This document shows positions 22,479-31,777 of a stretch of DNA of 64,000 nucleotides, piece by piece (the stretch's first letter is position 1; each line of letters begins with the position of its first letter). Under the pieces are notes generated by a model. It had not been told where the DNA came from. It did no database searches and was given only the letters and a program-made list of their open reading frames with translations. The stretch is from the sequence record LT603033.1. The stretch is one strand, 5' to 3'. A program made the translations under genes and the position numbers.

Positions 22479-23633
22479 TTATGCGTTGTAACCAACTATT
22501 ACGACTGAGCAGTCAAGCGGTTCTACTACTTTAAGAATTACATTATCATCTTCATCCACTTGTATTTCACTATGAACTACATGATTGTCTGAAGAATATA
22601 ATTGAACTTGTGGTAGTGCTTTACCATGTTCAGTTACTGGAACTGAGATAGAGTACATAGAGTCTTCACCGAGAACCCACTCACTTAAAGTATATTCTTT
22701 ATGGAAAGGAGTAGTATGCAGTGTTTTTCCGATTATACTCAAAGAAACAGGTAAATTATCAGTTTGATACACAGTAATATTACCTTCTGCGTCTACAGAA
22801 AGATCTACACCAACTTGATATAAGTCACCACTGTATGCTTGAAGTGCCAAGTACTGTCCACGATCATGAACATCAAATGGAACAACCGCAGAAAATACAC
22901 CTTCCGAAACAGGTTCAAATTGGGATAGAAGAACTGATGTAACAAAATCAATATCCTCACCACTTTCAAGAACATCAAATTCCACCACTTTAGTGTTATA
23001 ATATGGAGAAGTGAGCGTAGCAGTACCTTTCCCTGATTGTGTGATAACATCAACTGGAATTGTAAATGCATCATTAACAAATTGGGTAGTAAAGTATTCT
23101 GTCCCGTCTGGTAATACGATTGTTATTACCATACCGTTAGTATCAATTTCTGAACCAGTGTTGAATAATTTACCACTAATTGAGTCATTACCAACAAATA
23201 CTGGTGAAATGAGAATATTATCTATATCACGATCTATAATACCACATTCAGGTGTATACATATGATACAAGGTTTGTGAACTACCTAAAATTGTTTTATG
23301 TAGCATGAATTTATATACAAATCCAGTATCAGTTTCTTGTGGCTCTTCGGAATATCCACGAACAAAGAAACAATTTTTATTAATTTCACTTAATAGTTGG
23401 TCATTAGTTTTATTGTAATTTAATAGATAACCTTTATTATCTTTAGTTGTTATTTGTACTTTACGATATATTATATTAGTTCTGGGATCAACTAAATCAT
23501 ATAATCTATGGCTTCTTTGGCGATAGATTCTAATATTTTTTAGTCTAGTTCCATCGTTGAGGATTGCACCATCAACAACATAACCACATTCACCAAACTT
23601 ATAGCGTCCAGCCGCAGCAATTGACCTTGACAT
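22479..23633 (-). CDS. putative virion structural protein with two C-terminal beta repeats
   Basis: GGAGG RBS, TAAATA upstream; repeats V-H-x-G..V-Q-x-Y..V-D-x-D/E-x-N-V; beta-rich. Confidence 0.6.
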   Translation of the reverse strand: MSRSIAAAGRYKFGECGYVVDGAILNDGTRLKNIRIYRQRSHRLYDLVDPRTNIIYRKVQITTKDNKGYLLNYNKTNDQLLSEINKNCFFVRGYSEEPQETDTGFVYKFMLHKTILGSSQTLYHMYTPECGIIDRDIDNILISPVFVGNDSISGKLFNTGSEIDTNGMVITIVLPDGTEYFTTQFVNDAFTIPVDVITQSGKGTATLTSPYYNTKVVEFDVLESGEDIDFVTSVLLSQFEPVSEGVFSAVVPFDVHDRGQYLALQAYSGDLYQVGVDLSVDAEGNITVYQTDNLPVSLSIIGKTLHTTPFHKEYTLSEWVLGEDSMYSISVPVTEHGKALPQVQLYSSDNHVVHSEIQVDEDDNVILKVVEPLDCSVVIVGYNA

Positions 23634-23693
23634 TTATCCCTCCATTGGTATAATTATTATAACGTATTTATTATGCATATCCAAAAAATGAGC

Positions 23694-23722
23694 TTGACTG
23701 GTGTATGATTTGGTGTTATCAT
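23694..23722 (+). promoter_or_regulatory. sigma70-type promoter
   Basis: TTGACT-N17-TATCAT. Confidence 0.65.
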
Positions 23723-23749
23723 GTAGTGAATGAATAATGAGGTGTTTTT

Positions 23750-24334
23750 ATGAATGTTATTGATAATAGATTAGTACTGAAAAATGGAAAAATGACTGTT
23801 AAGTTATATAAAGATGAAGCAGATTCTTTCATGGCAAAAGCGATTGAAAAATCAGAACGATATAAACTTTTGGCTCCAGCCAGTAAATCGCCATATGGTT
23901 TTAATCATGCACATAGTCATTTTGTTGGTATGGTATGTGAGCACGCATCTTTAGTACTTTTTAATGAAATTGAAAACAATACTGGTATTAAACTTAATAT
24001 CGATCCAGCATTCCAAAATGAAGCACGTGACGGTGAATGTGATATTAAGGTAAACAACCTTCGTATTGAAGTAAAAGGTATCAAGTATAAATCATGGACT
24101 GACTTTGGACCATGTGTTAGTACTCGACAGTTAAAAAATATCCAGAAAAAAGCTGACGTAATACTATGGGTATTGTATAATGAGAAAAAACAAGAGTTCA
24201 CGTTTGAGGGATTCAACTATGTAAAAGATATTAGTTCTATCCCAGTTATCCTCACTGGTGTACCAGGGCGACCAATGATTGAAAATCACCCAGTACTCGG
24301 TATTATGAAACCACTACAGGAGTTACCATTGTGA
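23750..24334 (+). CDS. putative PD-(D/E)XK nuclease
   Basis: GMVCE helix followed by CDIK...IEVKG signature. Confidence 0.6.
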   Translation: MNVIDNRLVLKNGKMTVKLYKDEADSFMAKAIEKSERYKLLAPASKSPYGFNHAHSHFVGMVCEHASLVLFNEIENNTGIKLNIDPAFQNEARDGECDIKVNNLRIEVKGIKYKSWTDFGPCVSTRQLKNIQKKADVILWVLYNEKKQEFTFEGFNYVKDISSIPVILTGVPGRPMIENHPVLGIMKPLQELPL

Positions 24335-24558
24335 TTACTGCAACTGTATATCAAGATATCAATGAAGAATTTCATTCTAAAATTGCGTTCTTATCATTTC
24401 CTGTACTCCCAGCAGTTGGGTCAACGTTGAATCTTACCATTTGTGGTTTTGAGAAATATTATAAAGTACTAGATATTGAGTACTGTGCTGATGTATATTC
24501 ATGTAATAGTGAAATTGCAATTCCAGTATCAATCGATATTATTGTAAAAGAGGTTTGA
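24331..24558 (+). CDS. small hypothetical protein
   Basis: GTG start overlapping upstream stop, AGGAG RBS. Confidence 0.6.
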   Translation: MITATVYQDINEEFHSKIAFLSFPVLPAVGSTLNLTICGFEKYYKVLDIEYCADVYSCNSEIAIPVSIDIIVKEV

Positions 24559-24560
24559 TT

Positions 24561-25016
24561 ATGTTTAAGAATTTTATGGTTATCGTAGCAGTACTGTTTG
24601 GTACATCATGTTTCATTTCCCCAGTACACGCAGAAGAACAACGTCAAACTATTAAAACTATTGGGACTGGTAAAACTCCCCCTAAACGTACTGCTGAAGA
24701 ATACATGCCTGAAATGCGTGAACGTTATCGTCAGACATACAGGGAAAAACATGCTAATGATAAACCCATCAAGAAGCATAAATGGGAAGTTGTTAAATCT
24801 CCTTCATTTTGTGCTGGATATGCTAAAGTAAAGATTGAGCAGCACAAAAACCAGTACTATAAAGATATGTATTCCTTCTATGACTCCAGAATTTCTGACA
24901 CAGATATGATGGCAGGGAAGGTTGATAAAGAAGAATTTCTACAAGGCTATGATATGATGGACGATGACAAAATCATGGAATGCGTTGAAGTGTATGAAAA
25001 ATACAGAGGCTTCTGA
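24561..25016 (+). CDS. exported protein
   Basis: Signal-peptide-like N-terminus ending VHA. Confidence 0.7.
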   Translation: MFKNFMVIVAVLFGTSCFISPVHAEEQRQTIKTIGTGKTPPKRTAEEYMPEMRERYRQTYREKHANDKPIKKHKWEVVKSPSFCAGYAKVKIEQHKNQYYKDMYSFYDSRISDTDMMAGKVDKEEFLQGYDMMDDDKIMECVEVYEKYRGF

Positions 25017-25492
25017 TGTTAACAATAGTGTTGTTGGTTAGTCCATTTGTGTATTTTGTGCTGTATAATATTTTTAGTAATGCTAATCATTTTAAATATG
25101 CACAAACAATTGCAAAGCATGAAGGTTTTTGGAATTTTTTCCCAGCATTACTATGCTCATATCTATACCATGAACGCTATTTCATTTTTCCTGAATATAA
25201 AAATTATGGTTATGATTCTAAAGTAAATGGTATAATTGAGTACTGTATAAGAAATTATATTAATAATAATGATAACGTCCAAGTAAGAATAGGAAATGGT
25301 AATATATCAAGAATAGTTTTCATACCTGATATACAAGACCCAATATACTTATATCCATATGATTATAGTATTAGTGTAGGTTGTTCGATACATGGTAGTA
25401 AATCTATGTACGATTATTTTATCTTACCACCAACACAAATTAGATTAATAGAAAAATATTTGAGGGAAAAGTTTGACAACAAAGATTCTTAG
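25016..25492 (+). CDS. membrane-anchored hypothetical protein
   Basis: N-terminal hydrophobic segment. Confidence 0.65.
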   Translation: MLTIVLLVSPFVYFVLYNIFSNANHFKYAQTIAKHEGFWNFFPALLCSYLYHERYFIFPEYKNYGYDSKVNGIIEYCIRNYINNNDNVQVRIGNGNISRIVFIPDIQDPIYLYPYDYSISVGCSIHGSKSMYDYFILPPTQIRLIEKYLREKFDNKDS

Positions 25493-25501
25493 TATTATAA
25501 T
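25473..25501 (+). promoter_or_regulatory. sigma70-type promoter
   Basis: TTGACA-N17-TATAAT. Confidence 0.8.
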
Positions 25502-25533
25502 TAACACACCAAGTAACCCAAGGGGGATGGAAA

Positions 25534-25992
25534 ATGGATGTATTAGCTACAAATTTCAAACGTAACACAGAAGAGCGTGAAGGTTATTTGAGTATTAGTG
25601 AAGTTGTCGATGACAATTTTAAACAATACATTTTTAATAGTGCAATTAAATTAAAATGCACAAAAGATTCACCTGATCGTAGCTTTACTAAATGGATTGC
25701 GTATTGGGAAGATTCACCAGTTGCAATTGAAATGACTGTGATTACAACAGTACTTGAAACAGGTTACATCAAAGCCATTATAGTTGATAAGAAAGTCCGT
25801 ACTCTTGATGAAATTAATCCATATCCAGCCCGAAATTCTAAAGTTTTTGGTGTGTTGGTTGATGGTAAATTTATGATAGAAAAAGATGCAAAGGAATATG
25901 TAATTAATAAACTTCAAACTACATCAGAAAAAAAGGAAGTAGTGGACCAAAACTCTGTTGATGCAATCAAAAAAGCATGGGGACTAAAGTAA
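25534..25992 (+). CDS. hypothetical protein
   Basis: Downstream of consensus promoter. Confidence 0.75.
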   Translation: MDVLATNFKRNTEEREGYLSISEVVDDNFKQYIFNSAIKLKCTKDSPDRSFTKWIAYWEDSPVAIEMTVITTVLETGYIKAIIVDKKVRTLDEINPYPARNSKVFGVLVDGKFMIEKDAKEYVINKLQTTSEKKEVVDQNSVDAIKKAWGLK

Positions 25993-25993
25993 T

Positions 25994-26416
25994 ATGTTCA
26001 CACTAAGTAATGCAAAATATCTTTTTCTTATTAGTATTATTGGTTGGGTTATGGCTCCAGTGCTAAATGCACTGGGGTTTTCCGATGAACATAAACTTTT
26101 AAATGTTTCAGGTTTAATTCAGGGTATTTCATGGTATACATTAATTATATTTTCAGTGTGCATCAATACATTTGCCCGTGATTATCGACGTTTGTTATAT
26201 CTGAAAGTATTTGGAACTACACGATATAGTTTTGTTTACACTTTCATTTTAGTACCGTGTATGTTATATGCATTTGTATTTGATTACTATACATATCTAT
26301 GGGTATGTGGAACTATGTTTGTTATGTTGGAATACATCAGAACTGTTCAAAACTCATATGCCGATGAGTTTCATGATCTAGAAGTTAAACGAAAATTAAC
26401 GGAGCTAAACAAATGA
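25994..26416 (+). CDS. multi-pass membrane protein
   Basis: About 4 hydrophobic segments. Confidence 0.7.
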   Translation: MFTLSNAKYLFLISIIGWVMAPVLNALGFSDEHKLLNVSGLIQGISWYTLIIFSVCINTFARDYRRLLYLKVFGTTRYSFVYTFILVPCMLYAFVFDYYTYLWVCGTMFVMLEYIRTVQNSYADEFHDLEVKRKLTELNK

Positions 26417-26838
26417 GAGGCTATAATAAGATTTGTATTTTTGTATTTTTAGTTTGTGCATTCAATTCGTTTGGTTACTACTGTACAGAAAATAATATTT
26501 CATATGGTTTAAATCCTTTGTGGTTTACAATTTCCAATGTAGCACAAATTGGTATTGCTCTTATGTCTGCACTTATGTTCTGTCCAATTGTCACTATGGA
26601 TACTGATCATGAAAGGCTTGGATTTCTCCGTGATACTGGAGACGAACCTTACAGTAGATTGATTGTGTTGTATCCATTTATTGTTATTTTAGGTACTAAC
26701 ATCCAACTTGGGTCATTATCTAATAGTGTTACATCAGCAGCTATTGCTATATTTGCATTCACATTTTTTATGGTACACAAATCAGTACTTAATTGGTATA
26801 TCACAAAAATGGCAGAAGAAGGTACTAAAAATACTTGA
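26413..26838 (+). CDS. multi-pass membrane protein
   Basis: About 4 hydrophobic segments. Confidence 0.7.
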   Translation: MRGYNKICIFVFLVCAFNSFGYYCTENNISYGLNPLWFTISNVAQIGIALMSALMFCPIVTMDTDHERLGFLRDTGDEPYSRLIVLYPFIVILGTNIQLGSLSNSVTSAAIAIFAFTFFMVHKSVLNWYITKMAEEGTKNT

Positions 26839-26863
26839 CATAATTTAGTATGTTATATATAAT
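26835..26863 (+). promoter_or_regulatory. sigma70-type promoter
   Basis: TTGACA-N17-TATAAT. Confidence 0.8.
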
Positions 26864-26897
26864 TATTTTGTTAAAAACAAATTAGAGTAAGGAACTT

Positions 26898-27149
26898 ATG
26901 AACATCGATAAGGTCAAAGAACTTAGTGCTGCACTAATTAAGAATGAAGAAGTTTGTGAAGAACTTCGCAGTACTATCAAAGTTGAGTACGCACGACTCC
27001 AAGGTATGCTTCAAGAATCAGAATGGGTAGTAACTAAATCTATCGAAGCAATCTATAAGGATATCGAATCCCTTTTCAACAAGAAAAGTAAGATTGAATC
27101 TGATTCATATAACAAACGTAAAGAGTTATCTACTGCACTTGGTATCTAA
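26898..27149 (+). CDS. coiled-coil hypothetical protein
   Basis: AAGGA RBS. Confidence 0.7.
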   Translation: MNIDKVKELSAALIKNEEVCEELRSTIKVEYARLQGMLQESEWVVTKSIEAIYKDIESLFNKKSKIESDSYNKRKELSTALGI

Positions 27150-27155
27150 AAGTAT

Positions 27156-27184
27156 TTGACATAACAAATAATATGGAGTACAAT
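27156..27184 (+). promoter_or_regulatory. sigma70-type promoter
   Basis: TTGACA-N17-TACAAT; -10 inside GGAGTAC..GTGCTCC inverted repeat. Confidence 0.7.
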
Positions 27185-27223
27185 GTGCTCCTAATTTAAT
27201 TATCAGCTAAAAAGGAAAACATT

Positions 27224-27484
27224 ATGAAATCTATTCTCGTTGCAGTTAACCTGGTTGCTTCCCCATCTTTCAACTTCAAACAAGTTGTTGCTGATAATCT
27301 GAAGAAGATCTGTCCAAACGCTGAATTGACTTTCTGTGTATTTGATTCAGAAAAAGTAACTAAAGTTGATCTAAACTATCTTTTGAACGAAGTACAAAGC
27401 GTTTCTGGTGAAAGTAACTTAAAAGTTCTTCATGAGATTGCAGAAGATTATGATGACACTCTAGTAATTTCGGAGAAATTCTAA
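27224..27484 (+). CDS. hypothetical protein
   Basis: AAGGA RBS. Confidence 0.72.
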   Translation: MKSILVAVNLVASPSFNFKQVVADNLKKICPNAELTFCVFDSEKVTKVDLNYLLNEVQSVSGESNLKVLHEIAEDYDDTLVISEKF

Positions 27485-27489
27485 ATCAA

Positions 27490-27909
27490 ATGATTACATT
27501 CATTCAGTACTTAATCATTAAATTTTTTGGCTATTATACGATTGAGGGCAAAGCTACGCTTGCACATAAAATCTTTGTAGCATTATGTACGGGTGATTAT
27601 GACGTATTGAATAAGTACTGTAAATCTAAAGAATGTATTGATATAATGGCACTTCGTATCTATGAGTGCCGATCCAATAGATACAATTTTTACCAGTACA
27701 GATTTGATAAAGAAGAATTTGATAGCATCAAAATGCTAAAGAATTTATGTAACAATAAAAAGAATATGCATATATCAGAATTTGTTGCTTTGTATTTTTA
27801 TTTAAAAAGTTCATTGTATATGAACACGATGCAAAGATTCGATACTAGAATTAATGTATTCACCGATAAAGAATTTTATATATACGATAAATTCTTAGAT
27901 AAGGTTTAA
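27490..27909 (+). CDS. hypothetical protein
   Basis: ATG ORF, co-directional. Confidence 0.65.
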   Translation: MITFIQYLIIKFFGYYTIEGKATLAHKIFVALCTGDYDVLNKYCKSKECIDIMALRIYECRSNRYNFYQYRFDKEEFDSIKMLKNLCNNKKNMHISEFVALYFYLKSSLYMNTMQRFDTRINVFTDKEFYIYDKFLDKV

Positions 27910-27910
27910 T

Positions 27911-28408
27911 ATGACAACTGTTTATATTGATAAACGATTAAATTTATTGATTACCGATTCTAGAGTTACGTCAACTATACCACGAAACTTATTTGGTTTT
28001 TTCCCACTAAGACCAAAATATCAATATGGAGTTGTTAATCAAAAAACTTTATATGTACATGACCGTTTATTCAGTGCTAGTGGGGTAGTAAGTGAAATTG
28101 ATAAAGTACTGGATTGGTTAATTAATAAAGTACCAGTTATACCTGACAGAAAGTTAAGTTGCCATTGTGTGCTTCTTTCTAAAGATTATGTCATTCATAT
28201 GATTTTAACTAAAGGAAAGTTTATTAAAAAACTTGAATATCTACATGAAGACTACACTTTCTTTATGGGAAGTGGTGGAGAATACATGCTAGATGCTGCT
28301 ATTCATGAAGAACATACAACTTTATATGATAAAGTGTTTAGTACTTTCATGGATGTGCACAACCATGATTGCTTCACAGATGATAATATTAATGTATATC
28401 GATTTTGA
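27911..28408 (+). CDS. putative Ntn-hydrolase (HslV/proteasome-beta-like) peptidase
   Basis: N-terminal MTT, DSRVT and GSGG at positions typical of the family. Confidence 0.55.
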   Translation: MTTVYIDKRLNLLITDSRVTSTIPRNLFGFFPLRPKYQYGVVNQKTLYVHDRLFSASGVVSEIDKVLDWLINKVPVIPDRKLSCHCVLLSKDYVIHMILTKGKFIKKLEYLHEDYTFFMGSGGEYMLDAAIHEEHTTLYDKVFSTFMDVHNHDCFTDDNINVYRF

Positions 28409-28429
28409 TTTCGTCATTAGGAGATGTAA

Positions 28430-29395
28430 GTGAAAAAGCTTGATTTAAATACAATTGCCGAAGAAGTTCTGGATGAATGTTTTGCTAATGAAGAAGTCAA
28501 CACACTAGAAGCCTTAGATTTCGTTGAAGATAAAGATGATAATGAAGGTAAAGTACAAAGCAGTTTCAAATATAATATTACACTTAAGCGACCACCAAAT
28601 GTTTCCAATGAAGATCTAATTCGTGATATTCAAGCTGGTATCAATGTAAAGAAAAACACTGAACTGTTAGTTCGTTACAATTATGGACTGATTATTGATG
28701 TAGCAAGTAAATGTACTTGTTATATCCCATTTGAAGATAAGATTTCATATGGTGTTGAGGGGTTCATGAGAGCACTAAAAACCTTTGATCTTAATAAGAA
28801 TGTTAAGTTCATTACCTATGCTTCTTCTAGTATTTACATGACAGTCTATAACGAAAGTTCTGACGCTAACTATATGGTACACTTCCCACGTTATATGAGT
28901 GTTCATAAGATCAAAGTAAAAAGATTCTGCCAGGAATATATGCGTAAACATGGTGTTCGCCCAACACCTGAAATAATCTCAGAGGGTACTGGGATTGAGA
29001 TTCAGCATGTTAATAATTGTTTATTATTTCAAAGCGAATACACTTCACTGGATGCACCATTAGACGGTGTTACAGATGGTACATTAGGTGACATTATTCA
29101 TTCACCTGCTTCTGATTTTAACCTCAATGTTGATAGTATCCGTGCACCTTTACGTTATGCTATCAATGAACTGACTAACGAATTGAGTACTAAAGAACGT
29201 GAGATTATCCAGCGTGTTCATGGTCTAGGTGAATATGAACCTGAAACGCTTCGTGAGATTGCTGATAATGGTTTTGTTGATGATAATGGAAAATATGTTA
29301 AATCCCGTTCATCAATACACCGAAAGTACAGTGAAGCTATGCAAAAGCTTAAGAAGTTAGTACTTGCAAAAGGGTACGAATACGAAGATTTCTAA
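28430..29395 (+). CDS. sigma70-family RNA polymerase sigma factor
   Basis: Region 2 GFMRALKTFD...KFITYA, region 3 TSLDAP, region 4 EREII...ETLREIA; GTG start after AGGAG. Confidence 0.9.
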   Translation: MKKLDLNTIAEEVLDECFANEEVNTLEALDFVEDKDDNEGKVQSSFKYNITLKRPPNVSNEDLIRDIQAGINVKKNTELLVRYNYGLIIDVASKCTCYIPFEDKISYGVEGFMRALKTFDLNKNVKFITYASSSIYMTVYNESSDANYMVHFPRYMSVHKIKVKRFCQEYMRKHGVRPTPEIISEGTGIEIQHVNNCLLFQSEYTSLDAPLDGVTDGTLGDIIHSPASDFNLNVDSIRAPLRYAINELTNELSTKEREIIQRVHGLGEYEPETLREIADNGFVDDNGKYVKSRSSIHRKYSEAMQKLKKLVLAKGYEYEDF

Positions 29396-29400
29396 AGAAC

Positions 29401-29429
29401 AAGGGTTGGCTTATGCCAACCTTTTTTTT
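29401..29429 (+). terminator. intrinsic terminator
   Basis: AGGGTTGGC-TTAT-GCCAACCT plus T-tract. Confidence 0.8.
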
Positions 29430-29462
29430 ATGGGATGAAGTAAAAGTTTGTGATATAATTAT

Positions 29463-29935
29463 CTTGTACAATTCTGTTGGCATGATATTCATGTACCTGA
29501 TCCACTCGAAAACGTAGAGGGCAGTTGAGCAGTCCGACAGTGCGAACAGCAAAAGAAACCCGTTAGATGTGGGCATAGTTTGAACCCCTCACGGCAATGC
29601 GGCTGTATAAAGAACCACGTTAGGATAGCTGGTGGTTCCTTGATAGACATATAAGGATAACACCTTACGAATTATCTAAGGGAGAGTTATCGAATTTTGT
29701 ACAGGAAAGTTGCGTCCAAAATTTGAGTACTCACATTAAGTATTTGATTGCATAGATACTTAATGAAGATACACTATGTTTAAAAGTGTAGACCGTCATA
29801 TGAAACTGAAGTAGAGAGAAACAGGATGACCCGCTTTCGCACTCGTTATGAGTAATCTTCAATGCAATAGCTCTGATACCATCAGCGTCAAATTTCCCTC
29901 CTTGTGGGGGGAAGAAAAATCCCTTCCTCAAATCC
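29463..29935 (+). ncRNA. candidate large structured ncRNA (about 470 nt)
   Basis: Starts after TG-n-TATAAT at 29451-29459; long-range and local helices; GC-richer; no + strand ORF. Confidence 0.55.
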
Positions 29936-29953
29936 CGTCAATATTAAAAGTCC

Positions 29954-29982
29954 TTGACAGTTATTAATCATTCGCGTAGAAT
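29954..29982 (+). promoter_or_regulatory. sigma70-type promoter
   Basis: TTGACA-N17-TAGAAT. Confidence 0.75.
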
Positions 29983-30046
29983 ACGTAGTATTAGAAGCGA
30001 ACAGACATCTCGAAGAGATGGATGATTAACCATTAAGGAATATCAA

Positions 30047-30256
30047 ATGAATTCAGTAATCTTTTTAGTAGTCGCTTTCTCTGTTAATTCCGGTGTACAA
30101 ATAACCCCAATGAATTCCATGAATCAATGCATAGCAGTACGTGATAGTACATACGAACAAGTAAACAAAGATATTTGGATTACAGTTAGTAAAGAACAAA
30201 TGTGGTGTTACAATAGTAATACTAACACAAAGCTTATTGTAGGACAAACTCAATGA
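30047..30256 (+). CDS. small exported or membrane protein
   Basis: Hydrophobic N-terminus, two Cys; AAGGA RBS. Confidence 0.68.
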   Translation: MNSVIFLVVAFSVNSGVQITPMNSMNQCIAVRDSTYEQVNKDIWITVSKEQMWCYNSNTNTKLIVGQTQ

Positions 30257-30483
30257 GTTATGGCGTTCGTTTTGAGATTCGTTCTATTGTCATCGATGCA
30301 GAGAAACAAGTATCGTTAGATGGTGATATACGTGAAATTTATCTATCATGTATACGTGCGAAATCTGAAGCAGATGCCTTAGTACAAATGTATAGTTTTA
30401 ACTTTTCAAATGGATTCTATTTGGTACGAGTTGTTGAAGTTAAAAAAGTAATTCTTGGTTGTTGCATAGAAGGAATAATGTAA
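30253..30483 (+). CDS. hypothetical protein
   Basis: Coupled; IRAKSEADA motif. Confidence 0.65.
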   Translation: MSYGVRFEIRSIVIDAEKQVSLDGDIREIYLSCIRAKSEADALVQMYSFNFSNGFYLVRVVEVKKVILGCCIEGIM

Positions 30484-31272
30484 ATGAGCACTATCGATGA
30501 ACTGATTCAACGGAATTCAAAATATTACCAACCATCAGAAATTGTGGATAACATTACTAAATCTGAGTTTGGACCGAACACACGCAAACTCATTCATGTA
30601 ATGTCACGTGATGGCTTTAAATGTGATTGTTGTGGTGAATCAAATGTAGTATTCACTTTACACAAGCACAGTACTAAAGATCGTTATAAATTCAGACCTT
30701 ATGTACTTAAAGGGAAACGCCTTGTACGCATGACGTTAGACCATAATGTACTGGACTGTCTTCAGGGCGGTAATGATAAAGAGAACATGACTGCACTGTG
30801 TGAAGATTGTAACGCATTACGCCAGCATAAGTTTGCTGAATACAGTGAGTTTAAACACTGGTATCATAACGCGGATCGTTCAATCGAGCCTGACGTTAAC
30901 TACTGCTTCATTGAGTACATTAAGAATGCCAAAGATACATACATTCTTAAATCAATGTCACCTATTACCGTGTTTCCTGAGAACCTATTCACTACATTAA
31001 ACAATAGTTTTATTGTAGGTGATATTGATGCATTCAAGTATTTTGACAAAGGTGCAAAACATTTTGAAATTCAATGTCTTAGTACTGCACTATGTGAACT
31101 CATTAAAATTTACATAAAAGAGTATTTGGGTATTGACAATGTACGTGTACCAGAGTATACTTTTTCTATTGAATTCGATTGTGAATCAATCAAAGAGTTT
31201 GGAATTCTTTTCAATAAACAAATAGAACTTGCAATTCAAAACGAAATCAAGTACTATACTACTAACATTTAA
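30484..31272 (+). CDS. HNH endonuclease-like protein
   Basis: RDGFKCDCCG ... MTLDH..GGNDKENMTALCEDCN. Confidence 0.72.
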   Translation: MSTIDELIQRNSKYYQPSEIVDNITKSEFGPNTRKLIHVMSRDGFKCDCCGESNVVFTLHKHSTKDRYKFRPYVLKGKRLVRMTLDHNVLDCLQGGNDKENMTALCEDCNALRQHKFAEYSEFKHWYHNADRSIEPDVNYCFIEYIKNAKDTYILKSMSPITVFPENLFTTLNNSFIVGDIDAFKYFDKGAKHFEIQCLSTALCELIKIYIKEYLGIDNVRVPEYTFSIEFDCESIKEFGILFNKQIELAIQNEIKYYTTNI

Positions 31273-31287
31273 TCAGAGGAAATTATC

Positions 31288-31470
31288 ATGCAAATTATCA
31301 TTCTTATCGTTGGCATCATGCTGGGTGTTTACGGTCACTCCTGGATGAACGAGAAGTTTCCGAATACGCGTCCTGAGTATTGCAGTTCTAATGTATTCCA
31401 GAATGGTGAGAAACCAAAGGAAAGCATTGGTAAAAAGCTGGATAAAGTACTTGATGTGATCAATGAATAA
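31288..31470 (+). CDS. small membrane-anchored protein
   Basis: GAGGA RBS, hydrophobic N-terminus. Confidence 0.68.
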   Translation: MQIIILIVGIMLGVYGHSWMNEKFPNTRPEYCSSNVFQNGEKPKESIGKKLDKVLDVINE

Positions 31471-31681
31471 GGGCCATAAAATGTTTAAACCGAATTCCAA
31501 TGTTGGTAAGAAAGTTCAATTACTTGAAGATGTATCCACCATGAGTGGAATTTTCCCAAGAGGTCACATCATGACTATTATTGCCGAAACATCCCGTGGG
31601 TGGGATTTGGAAGATGCTGATGGTAATCGCATCCTTGAGGCTGGATTCTATGGTCATCGTGAATATAAAATCGTTGATTAA
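31463..31681 (+). CDS. small SH3-like-pattern hypothetical protein
   Basis: VGKKVQLLED...GHIMTI beta pattern. Confidence 0.6.
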   Translation: MNKGHKMFKPNSNVGKKVQLLEDVSTMSGIFPRGHIMTIIAETSRGWDLEDADGNRILEAGFYGHREYKIVD

Positions 31682-31777
31682 GGATACAACATGACTTTAG
31701 AGATTGTCTTTGGTATTGTTAGCTTAGTCGTCTGTGTGGGTTGGTTTGGGTATCTGATGATTTTTAGTGATTAATAC

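Noticed and set aside
21958-23265. ORFs 21958..22308 (-), 22805..23080 (+) and 23011..23265 (+)
   Set aside because: Fully nested antisense to longer genes that have clear RBS.
29349-29931. Minus-strand ORFs 29349..29576 and 29731..29931
   Set aside because: Short, no RBS, opposite to local transcription, and overlapping a terminator and a structured element.
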